IMG/VR virus record: IMGVR_UViG_3300010331_000033
Coordinates: 1 to 30,177 of that record
Strand: one strand, 5' to 3'
Source of the DNA: a virus
Taxonomy: Duplodnaviria; Caudoviricetes
Length of the DNA stretch: 30,177 bases
Part shown: piece by piece, positions 19,038 through 26,453 of the stretch
How the letters are laid out: each line of letters starts with the position of its first letter
How positions within the stretch are numbered: position 1 is the stretch's first letter
Translations under genes and position numbers: made by a program
The notes under the pieces: model-generated
Told to the model about the DNA's origin: nothing
Seen by the model: only the letters and a program-made list of their open reading frames with translations
Databases searched by the model: none

Positions 19038-19066
19038 AAGCAGGGCTTTAAAACCCTGCTTTTTTT
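19038..19066 (+). terminator. Intrinsic terminator of the plus-strand RNA
   Basis: AAGCAGGG-CTTTAAAA-CCCTGCTT followed by a T run. The U-tract is on the + strand although all protein genes are on the - strand. Confidence 0.8.
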
Positions 19067-19235
19067 ATTTCATTTCGACAATTCTAATCCAAAACAAATC
19101 TTCCAATTTGCATTTTTCAACCTCGGCGTTTCTTTGTATTACAGCCTCTTTATGAGATGCCGCAGTGATTTCTTTGGTGTCCAGTTCGTTTAGCTGGCGA
19201 TCTTCGTAAATTAGCTTGAATTTGAGATCTTTCAT
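19065..19235 (-). CDS. Small hypothetical protein (56 aa), candidate Acr/host-takeover factor
   Basis: Not in track: MKDLKFKLIYEDRQLNELDTKEITAASHKEAVIQRNAEVEKCKLEDLFWIRIVEMK; starts 10 nt after the upstream stop. Confidence 0.6.
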   Translation of the reverse strand: MKDLKFKLIYEDRQLNELDTKEITAASHKEAVIQRNAEVEKCKLEDLFWIRIVEMK

Positions 19236-19245
19236 GATCTTTTTG

Positions 19246-19704
19246 TTATTTCAATAAAGCTTCAGCTTCTTCGGCTTTTGAGGCGTATTTTTTATTCAGC
19301 TCTTCTATTCGATTATTCAGCAATTTAACAAAAGGAACAATTCCGACGCGGGTAAATTTTGTAATAGGCAGATTAATGTTTGATTCATCGTCTTTTAGCC
19401 GAAATTCTTTATATGTTTTGTATTTGCCAGTGTAAATATCTTTTTCGCAGTCCCAGATTCGCCCATCATGCTCTACAGCAATAGCCCAAAAATTTGAATC
19501 ATCTTCATCCTTTTGAGGCTCAATGTCGGAAAAAGGTTTTACATACATTGTAAAAAAAGATTTGCTTAAGTCGTAACCATCAAGCATTTTCGCAAATGCA
19601 GGAATAATTTCGTTTTCAGTTTTTTCAATAAGTTGATTAAAAATAGCGGTTCTTTTGTCGCTGATTTGTGCAGCTTCCTGAAATAATTCATCAAAAGTTT
19701 TCAT
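19246..19704 (-). CDS. Acidic hypothetical protein (152 aa), candidate Acr
   Basis: Asp/Glu/Lys-rich; no family recognised; directly downstream of repeat B. Confidence 0.6.
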   Translation of the reverse strand: MKTFDELFQEAAQISDKRTAIFNQLIEKTENEIIPAFAKMLDGYDLSKSFFTMYVKPFSDIEPQKDEDDSNFWAIAVEHDGRIWDCEKDIYTGKYKTYKEFRLKDDESNINLPITKFTRVGIVPFVKLLNNRIEELNKKYASKAEEAEALLK

Positions 19705-19759
19705 AATATAAAGTATTAATTTTTTTGCCTACTCTGTTTAGCGGTTTTCGGCATCCACG

Positions 19760-19789
19760 CTTTAAAATCCAAGATGGTCTGATTGTTTC
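19760..19789 (-). CRISPR. Second solitary I-B-like repeat (repeat B)
   Basis: GAAACAATCAGACCATCTTGGATTTTAAAG aligns ungapped to repeat A at 21/30 positions (core AATCAGACCA---TGGA-TT-AAA). Confidence 0.5.
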
Positions 19790-19817
19790 CCCGTAAAGCC
19801 GGTAGGACAGCATTAAA

Positions 19818-19961
19818 CTATTTTACTGAAATGTGATCAGAATCAGAAACGAAGTTTTTAAGCTGAGCTTTAAAGATGCTGATTGCTTCGTTTTTACTAC
19901 GTGCATTAACTTCGCGTGAACTAAAAGTAGTTGATACTTTGTAAAATTTAATAGTTGCCAT
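19818..19961 (-). CDS. Small hypothetical protein (47 aa)
   Basis: Not in track: MATIKFYKVSTTFSSREVNARSKNEAISIFKAQLKNFVSDSDHISVK. Confidence 0.55.
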   Translation of the reverse strand: MATIKFYKVSTTFSSREVNARSKNEAISIFKAQLKNFVSDSDHISVK

Positions 19962-19973
19962 GACCTTCGAGTA

Positions 19974-20180
19974 TTAAAAGTTTTTTACTAAATTAAATCT
20001 ATCAGCTATTTGACCTGCTACTGTGATACATTTTCCTTTGTAGGATACTTCACCGTCTTTTATAAAGACGCGATCATTTCTTTTCGCTCTTACTACTACT
20101 ACGATGATACCATTTTCTTCAGAAGCAAGACAGTAAGGGATTTCGCTGTTGATAATTTCAATAATTTCAGTTGTTTCCAT
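19974..20180 (-). CDS. Small hypothetical protein (68 aa), candidate Acr
   Basis: ORF track; second gene of the island operon. Confidence 0.6.
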   Translation of the reverse strand: METTEIIEIINSEIPYCLASEENGIIVVVVRAKRNDRVFIKDGEVSYKGKCITVAGQIADRFNLVKNF

Positions 20181-20198
20181 TGTGGTGTATATTTTAAA

Positions 20199-20390
20199 TT
20201 AAAATTCAAACATAAAATCATATTGCTTTTTAGCGGCTATTTTTACTTCTTCAGATTCGCCGAATTCATTAAATATTGATTCGAGTACTGATTCAAATGA
20301 AACGAATCCTTCTTCATCGCCATTTGATATTACAAATGATTCAACTCTACTTTGAATTCTTGATCTTGTGATAAAGTCTATTGTTGTCAT
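20199..20390 (-). CDS. Small acidic hypothetical protein (63 aa), candidate Acr
   Basis: First gene after the island promoter; Glu/Phe-rich. Confidence 0.6.
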   Translation of the reverse strand: MTTIDFITRSRIQSRVESFVISNGDEEGFVSFESVLESIFNEFGESEEVKIAAKKQYDFMFEF

Positions 20391-20432
20391 TGTCGTGGTT
20401 ATTAGTAGTTGTTATTGTTCTTAATCATGTAT

Positions 20433-20464
20433 CAAAGATAGTGTCAAATGTGACATTATCCAAA
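20433..20464 (-). promoter_or_regulatory. Consensus Bacteroidota promoter with palindromic operator in the spacer
   Basis: Minus strand TTTG (20464-61) - 20 nt - TATCTTTG (20440-33); inverted repeat TGTCA-N4-TGACA at 20442-20455. Confidence 0.8.
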
Positions 20465-20507
20465 TAAATAGAGTTAATAAACGTTAACTTTATTGATTAT
20501 TTTACAT

Positions 20508-20535
20508 AAAAAAAGCCCCAACAAATGTGGAGCTT
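20508..20535 (-). terminator. Intrinsic terminator at terL stop (copy 2 of duplicated terminator)
   Basis: Minus strand AAGCTCCACATTTGTTGGGGCTT plus T run; nearly identical to 18528-18556. Confidence 0.7.
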
Positions 20536-22406
20536 TATCTATCCCAGAAGCTTCCTTTTCGGGGCCTCTTAGGTTGGTTTTCAGTATGATCCTCAACGGT
20601 TGGATTGTCTATTTCCTTTTTCGGGATAGGCTTGGCATCCGATACCATACCCATAGCTTTAAGTTGTTCGGGCTTCTTCCTGTCAAGTCCGGCAATGGTA
20701 GCAGCGGCACGGGCATATATCCTACAGTCAAGGGGCTCATTACGTTCATACTTCTTCACCCATTTACGTTTAGCAGGTATCCAGTCCTCACCGGTCAGAC
20801 CTTCGAAATAACGGTTATCATACTGAGGAAAATGGCAGTAACAAGGCGGGAACGTACCATCGGTACAGGGTTCAATGGTCAGCCATGAATACAATTCTGA
20901 CTTAAGCAATGACACACCGATATTCCATTGTTTAAATTTCCCGATCTTCTTACCATTTTTTGTGTAGTCAACCTGACGGGGAGGTGCAACGGATAAACCA
21001 AGTGAGTCAACACCCTTGATAGGGATAACACGGCTACCGTGATACTTACGACAAAAGGTATGAACCTCAGTGGTATTGTAACCGCTGTCAATGGCCATCC
21101 TCAAAAGCTGAAGCTCTACACCGTCCGTTCTGGTCCATGTCTCATCGACAACCTCAGCAAGCTGACTCCATACATCAGGAAGGGTGGTATTTCCCAACAA
21201 TACCCTGAAATCAATTGAATAACTGGATTTATCTGAACACCATCCGACAATCTCTAACTCAATACGATCCTTTTGAATATCGACTCCACTGGTGAGAAAA
21301 CAAACATCTCCAGGTACCTTGTTGAGAGGATATGATTCTCTCCGGTTATATACATTTTGCCATGCGGGGGCCTCACCAGAATCCTCAATGACCTCACCCA
21401 ATACGGTATTTATGAATGTGGTCATTCTGGATGGGTCTTTAAGGGCTTTTTCATAGTCCTCAGCAATGCCAGCCCATGAGTACCATCCAAATGGTGAATA
21501 AAACGAAGACAAATGAAATCCAATTATATCCTCACTGACTTTTTCAGGACATAAGGATATCCATTCACCCTTAGCCATCATTTCAGTTTTATGCCTTTCC
21601 TCAATCAACTCTTCGCAATTGGGGCATTGCATTTTGGCCGTTTTCGGAAATCCTTCATCCCATTTTAAGTTTTCAAAAACAAAAGTATGATATACACCAC
21701 AATGGGGGCAAGGTACCTGATAATAATTCTGGTCAGTTTCCAAAAACTCACGCTCGATGATGGAGGTGTCTTTTATCGTTGGGGTAGAAATGATAAATAT
21801 TTTTTTCTTGGCAAAGGTTCGGGTTCGGGCTATTGCAAGTTCTACGGGTGATCCCTCACCGTCCAAATTATATGGATATCCGTCAACTTCATCTAAGAAT
21901 AGATTTTTTATTGGAACGGACCGTAAACCAACTGGCGTATTGGCACCGGCCATAAGAAGAATTCCACCTGGAAAACTTTTTTGTGTTATAGTATTCTCTC
22001 CACTTCTGGATTTTTTATCTGAAACTTTTTTAGAAAGTGACTCTGATGAGTTGATCATTGGATCAATACGCATCTTTGAATTTCGCTCAACGGTCTTGTC
22101 TGTTGGTTGGACCATTAACGTAGGTGCCGGTGTGCTATCAATTATATACCCGATCCAGTTATTTCCAGCTTCTGTCAATCCAAGTTGCGCACCTTTCATT
22201 ACAACAACTTTTTTATACGGGAAATAGACAGAAAGAGAATCCATTATCTTACGAAGATATGGAGTCCTAGTTGTCCTCCATGGCCCATACTCTGATGCAG
22301 CCATCGAAGACAGTATTCTATTCTCATCTGCCCATTCCGATACTGTCAGACGGGGATCAGGCGTAAAACCTGCTAGATAGTCTAATATGGGAGGGTTACC
22401 GGTCAA
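20535..22406 (-). CDS. terL: Terminase large subunit, lambda gpA family
   Basis: TVSEWAD, RTPYL, KGAQLGLTE (Walker A), LFLDEVD (Walker B), ISTPT, VPCPHCG, GVDIQ, IDSGY and NEPLDC--YA motifs. Confidence 0.95.
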   Translation of the reverse strand: MTGNPPILDYLAGFTPDPRLTVSEWADENRILSSMAASEYGPWRTTRTPYLRKIMDSLSVYFPYKKVVVMKGAQLGLTEAGNNWIGYIIDSTPAPTLMVQPTDKTVERNSKMRIDPMINSSESLSKKVSDKKSRSGENTITQKSFPGGILLMAGANTPVGLRSVPIKNLFLDEVDGYPYNLDGEGSPVELAIARTRTFAKKKIFIISTPTIKDTSIIEREFLETDQNYYQVPCPHCGVYHTFVFENLKWDEGFPKTAKMQCPNCEELIEERHKTEMMAKGEWISLCPEKVSEDIIGFHLSSFYSPFGWYSWAGIAEDYEKALKDPSRMTTFINTVLGEVIEDSGEAPAWQNVYNRRESYPLNKVPGDVCFLTSGVDIQKDRIELEIVGWCSDKSSYSIDFRVLLGNTTLPDVWSQLAEVVDETWTRTDGVELQLLRMAIDSGYNTTEVHTFCRKYHGSRVIPIKGVDSLGLSVAPPRQVDYTKNGKKIGKFKQWNIGVSLLKSELYSWLTIEPCTDGTFPPCYCHFPQYDNRYFEGLTGEDWIPAKRKWVKKYERNEPLDCRIYARAAATIAGLDRKKPEQLKAMGMVSDAKPIPKKEIDNPTVEDHTENQPKRPRKGSFWDR

Positions 22407-23034
22407 TGGATATGATATCTTTATAAAAATTAATATAAAAATCAGTTAATGAGTGATCACATGTTATTACAGTATTCTCACATCTGGGATTTGTATTTAT
22501 ATTGGCAGAACTTTCAATAACAAATGAAAACTTATCACCATGACCACACATAACTTTTGAGTGATTCCGAAATATGCTGACATTCGCTTTTCCTTCTTTC
22601 TGCAATTTTTTTAACTCTTCATATTCCCCGGCATATGAAGCTTTAAATATTTCACCAACATAGAAATGGACAAAATCAATACGGTGAACCTTAATCCATG
22701 ATTCTATCTCAAGAATATCAGATATCCCCATGCACCAGGTGGATATTATTACTTCTTTGATATGTTGCTGTTTTATGATATGCCTTAAAAACGTCAGGCT
22801 ATCAATGTCCCCCTGTGATATAACATGATATGAATTACCAGCGGCAAAATCCCAATCAATCAATTCTTCAAGTTTTTTTTCTGAAGAATAACGTCTGGCC
22901 ATATTCTGTGGAGTAATGACATATGCTTTTGCGCTTTCACGACTTTGATTCGTAGTTATAATACCTTTAACTAGATTCTCTTTCTTGGCTTTTTTAGGTA
23001 TGACAACATCCTCTTCAATTGAATTGATCTTCAT
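22396..23034 (-). CDS. Phospholipase-D-fold (single HxK) putative nuclease
   Basis: IISTW, RNHSKV and ESSANINTNPRCE match the HxK...SxN...N-E PLD/Nuc pattern. Confidence 0.65.
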   Translation of the reverse strand: MKINSIEEDVVIPKKAKKENLVKGIITTNQSRESAKAYVITPQNMARRYSSEKKLEELIDWDFAAGNSYHVISQGDIDSLTFLRHIIKQQHIKEVIISTWCMGISDILEIESWIKVHRIDFVHFYVGEIFKASYAGEYEELKKLQKEGKANVSIFRNHSKVMCGHGDKFSFVIESSANINTNPRCENTVITCDHSLTDFYINFYKDIISIDR

Positions 23035-23630
23035 ATTGTGGATTTACAGTTTTGTATGATTTCAAGGATTGCAGCATCAACAGCATTCCTGAAATGGTTA
23101 TAAAACTTATTTCTGTCATTTGATAGAGAAATAAGTGTATCTGTTTCACGATCAGGTAAAGATTGTAATACATTTCGTGACGCTTGGCCAGCTGAGAATA
23201 GCTGAGAACGAACAAGATCACGAGGTACTAATGTTCCAGCCTTTTCATCTACTTCAAGACTGGCCAGTTGAGCCTTGAATATTTTCTCGGCTCTTTGAGC
23301 TTGAGCCATTGAACTGTCACCTGTTAATCCTGCAATATTATCAAGACTATCTGATGAGTCTTCAACAATGATAGTTTTCTCAATATCCTTTTTTTTAGTT
23401 TTAAGTTCGTTGACAGGTTGTTCTTTTTTTGATTGACAATAAATAGCTTTTGAACCTAGACCATATTTTTCAAATTCCTTTTTAGCTATTGAAAATATAA
23501 TTTTTGGCTTACCATTTTCAATCTTAACACCTTTGACAATTTTCTCAAGACGTATACCGTCTCTAATAGTTTTCTCACCGATATTGACACGTCTTGCAAA
23601 CTCCCTGATACTGATTACTTCTTCTGACAT
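23031..23630 (-). CDS. terS: Terminase small subunit (Nu1-like); probable start MSEEVIS at 23630
   Basis: N-terminal wHTH (ISIREFARRVNIGEKTIR); A---EK---A-LA-LE-----G-LV----V and LQSLPDR motifs. Confidence 0.8.
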   Translation of the reverse strand: MSEEVISIREFARRVNIGEKTIRDGIRLEKIVKGVKIENGKPKIIFSIAKKEFEKYGLGSKAIYCQSKKEQPVNELKTKKKDIEKTIIVEDSSDSLDNIAGLTGDSSMAQAQRAEKIFKAQLASLEVDEKAGTLVPRDLVRSQLFSAGQASRNVLQSLPDRETDTLISLSNDRNKFYNHFRNAVDAAILEIIQNCKSTI

Positions 23631-23632
23631 TT

Positions 23633-23852
23633 TGCGTATATTTTTGCGTACTTTTTTTATTTTTCTAAAAAATAAGATCACGAACTAAAAAAGTGCGTAC
23701 ATCATAATATTTTTTGTGTTGTTTTTTTCTGATTTGTTTTATAGGTGTAAATACATCATATTTTGCGTACTGCGTACATTAAAAAAAGTGACTAACTAGC
23801 GCGAAAATGGGGGTGGCGCTGCCTGCGTTCATTTACGCCGCACAGTACCTTT
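23633..23852. repeat. Putative cos/packaging region with TGCGTA(C) iterons
   Basis: TGCGTA(C) at 23633, 23645, 23694, 23764 and 23771; TACATCATA twice; GC-rich patch 23798-23850; lies just upstream of terS as lambda cos does. Confidence 0.5.
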
Positions 23853-23937
23853 TGATTCTCTGCATAATGATGTGATAGTCAATGATATAAACATATATTA
23901 ACATTTAAGAATTAACATTTAGGCACACATAGTGCTG

Positions 23938-24564
23938 TCACTTGTCTTGAGTGAGCTTATCAACCGTTTGACGCAAGAATACTCTGTATCTTTCTGCTAG
24001 TGTTCTATCAATGTAAGACGTGATCTGCTTACTCATAGCCTTACTACTGTACATGGTGTATGGTGATGCTGTCTGGACGTTCGTTATCCTGGTCTTACCA
24101 CTTGATGTTCTAGCGTTGGATGGGACGAAACGTTTACCAACATAACTTCCACTTACAAAAACACCGATATGTCCTGACTTCATCTTACGAACAAAGGCAT
24201 GTCTATAGGTTATAGGACGGCCTTTCTTGATCTCTACAGTAACAGGGTTACCATGACGGGGGTTATTGTGCTTAAACCTGTTAAGACCTATTACGCTTGT
24301 TGAATAGGATACCTCAGCATATAAACCTTCTTTTGTTCCTCTTGCTGGTTTGGATAGCTTAGAGGCTTCAGTAAGACCTTTGGCGTTGATAGTGTAATAT
24401 TTCTTGACTTCTTTCTTCATCAGGCCAACGACACGTCTCGATGTCACATTGATGGTCTTAGCAGCTGCTTTCTGAATCTCTTTATCAGATAAGAGGGAGT
24501 GGAACTCACGCTCCACTTCCTTCATACTCCTCTTACCTTCATAGGTTATGTCTACTCTGAACAT
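23938..24564 (-). CDS. Minor tail / tail completion protein (lambda gpZ-like)
   Basis: Very basic; VTVEIKKG and HAFV-KMKSGH-GVF motifs. Confidence 0.65.
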   Translation of the reverse strand: MFRVDITYEGKRSMKEVEREFHSLLSDKEIQKAAAKTINVTSRRVVGLMKKEVKKYYTINAKGLTEASKLSKPARGTKEGLYAEVSYSTSVIGLNRFKHNNPRHGNPVTVEIKKGRPITYRHAFVRKMKSGHIGVFVSGSYVGKRFVPSNARTSSGKTRITNVQTASPYTMYSSKAMSKQITSYIDRTLAERYRVFLRQTVDKLTQDK

Positions 24565-24836
24565 AGTTGTTTACGTATTGTATCGTCCATGAACTTAAAA
24601 AGAATATTAGACTCTAATTCTGTTTGGTAACGGGCGATAGATGGCCTAATATCGTCCAAAGATAAATTAACAGTCTTAACAATCGCTCTACTATCAGGCG
24701 TTAGTTTTACGGCATAATTAACAAACAATGTCCGGGCTAAAACAAGCTCTTTACGTTTACATTTTTGGGATATAGCATCCTCTGAAATACCGCAAACATC
24801 GCAGACAATTTTCTTTAGCTGGTCAAGATACTCCAT
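24552..24836 (-). CDS. DnaA C-terminal-like HTH protein
   Basis: IVCDVCGISEDAI---KRKELVLARTLF resembles DnaA domain IV. Confidence 0.55.
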   Translation of the reverse strand: MEYLDQLKKIVCDVCGISEDAISQKCKRKELVLARTLFVNYAVKLTPDSRAIVKTVNLSLDDIRPSIARYQTELESNILFKFMDDTIRKQLCSE

Positions 24837-24860
24837 AACCTATAAATTTGATTGATTTTC

Positions 24861-25604
24861 TTACTGTTCAATAATGGCAATGCTTGGACACATTTCTCTG
24901 ATTTTTACAATCTCTTTGTCAATGATTGTATCCCTGATATCTTCCATCAGCTGGTTGGCAGCTGGGGAAAGAAGGACAAAAGCCACATCACGGCCATTAA
25001 CTTGAGCAAATGTTTCCACCTCCAACGTTTCGGGATCAGTGCCCTTGAAAACGGGTATTTTCAGGGTAAACGCCTTCGGGATGTTTGAATCTACTGTTTG
25101 TTTAAAGACATCCGTTCTGTCTCCGGTTTCCTTCGTTAATCGTTCGAGGGTTTGATTAACTGTAGCGTTAAAGTGCAATAAATCGTGAACGAGTTGCATA
25201 TTAATAGCCTTATCAGGAAAAAAGGCACGATTCATTTTGAAGAACATACCCAAATCGGCTGGACTCCATTTTGTACTGTCATTAATACCAAAAGCCACGA
25301 ATGAAGGATGAGGTTGTAATACGCCTTCAACAAATCCAGTATTCCGATTGTCATTTTCGTTAAAAACAAGCTTAATGCTTATATCCTCACGATTTACAAG
25401 TATATGACACCGTTTTTCATTGATTTGGTCAGGTTGGTCCTTACGTTGACTCAGAAACTCTGTCACACATGTTATAACACCTTTCAGTTGCAGTTTAAGA
25501 GGTTCAAGGACTGGGAGCTCATTGAGTTCTGATAATTCATGGATGATAATTCTTGTTGGCGTACCATCATCTGGTGTGTTGATAATCAATTTGTCTGTGT
25601 TCAT
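24861..25604 (-). CDS. Phage hypothetical protein (possibly YfdQ/DUF2303-like)
   Basis: IPKAFTLKIPVFKG motif; family call is tentative. Confidence 0.4.
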   Translation of the reverse strand: MNTDKLIINTPDDGTPTRIIIHELSELNELPVLEPLKLQLKGVITCVTEFLSQRKDQPDQINEKRCHILVNREDISIKLVFNENDNRNTGFVEGVLQPHPSFVAFGINDSTKWSPADLGMFFKMNRAFFPDKAINMQLVHDLLHFNATVNQTLERLTKETGDRTDVFKQTVDSNIPKAFTLKIPVFKGTDPETLEVETFAQVNGRDVAFVLLSPAANQLMEDIRDTIIDKEIVKIREMCPSIAIIEQ

Positions 25605-25614
25605 AAATTAAAGA

Positions 25615-26043
25615 TTAATTGTTTGTACCTGTTTTTCTGGTCATTTGAAAGATCGTTCCCTGCATTTCATCTGGTGTGGATGGTCTGGATTCAATAAGAA
25701 GACCGGAAGCACTGTAAAAGCCAGTCATTTTGTCTTCTTTGTCAATAAACTTGTAGCAATTTTCTTTAACAAAGACAGCCTTTGTTTTAATGTTTCCAAG
25801 TAAGGTTTTCTTTTCTTTGAGGATAGGAGCTATTTGATCCTTAAACCCTTTCATAACATCCTTCATTTCTTCTTGAATGTCATTGAGAAGGATAGATGAT
25901 TCTGCTAGATTATCCTTCATTGCCAAAATAGCTTCAGGTGTAAAAGGCTTCATGTATCCTTTTTCCTCAACGCTGTCACAATTGTCTTTCAAAAAGTTAA
26001 CTCTTTGAACATCATCATAATTTTCTCCTAAAATTTTCTGCAT
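25615..26043 (-). CDS. Coiled-coil phage hypothetical protein
   Basis: Long ORF in operon context; central heptad pattern. Confidence 0.5.
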   Translation of the reverse strand: MQKILGENYDDVQRVNFLKDNCDSVEEKGYMKPFTPEAILAMKDNLAESSILLNDIQEEMKDVMKGFKDQIAPILKEKKTLLGNIKTKAVFVKENCYKFIDKEDKMTGFYSASGLLIESRPSTPDEMQGTIFQMTRKTGTNN

Positions 26044-26066
26044 TGTTTTTGTTTTAAGTAAATAAA

Positions 26067-26453
26067 TTAAAGTTCTTTTTCTTTTCTCAATCGTTTGACC
26101 TCAGATGAATAGAGGTCATATAACTCTTTCAATTCAACATCTTTTAAGCAGCTTATTGAGTACTTTTTTGATTCAAGGTTCAACACCTCATCTTCACCAT
26201 AAAGTTCAACGAGCCTCATCCTGTACACTATCAGGTTACCTCTTTTTCCTACATTACACTCATTGCATTGAGGGTGTGTGTTCATAGGTAAAAAGCGTGT
26301 CCCCTTGTGTCTCCTGTCAAGATAATGACCACACTGCATCTTAGACCAGTGGTATCTCTCTTCACAGGTGAAACAAGTACATCGACCATAATCATCCGTA
26401 TTACAAAGACGGATGAATTGGGAATAGGGAATATCTACTTTCTCAATATCCAT
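26067..26453 (-). CDS. ninG: NinG/Rap-like recombination endonuclease
   Basis: FIRL, C-TC, CGHY--R---TRF---N---QC--CN and GN---YR--L---YG motifs. Confidence 0.8.
   Translation of the reverse strand: MDIEKVDIPYSQFIRLCNTDDYGRCTCFTCEERYHWSKMQCGHYLDRRHKGTRFLPMNTHPQCNECNVGKRGNLIVYRMRLVELYGEDEVLNLESKKYSISCLKDVELKELYDLYSSEVKRLRKEKEL

Larger units (their letters stand above)
18900..19066 (+). ncRNA. Putative structured small RNA carrying two CRISPR-repeat mimics (candidate Racr)
   Basis: No credible ORF; promoter upstream and terminator downstream. Stems 18900-08/18960-68; GAAA and GCAA tetraloop hairpins; contains the repeats at 18917-46 and 18997-19015. Confidence 0.65.

Noticed and set aside
18917-19789. 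Conventional CRISPR array or phage-encoded CRISPR-Cas system
   Set aside because: No identical regularly spaced repeats and no cas gene in the window; the repeats are single, of different types and on opposite strands.
23631-23681. Longer terS start given in the ORF track
   Set aside because: The extension translates low-complexity iteron DNA; the ATG at 23630 starts right at the wHTH.
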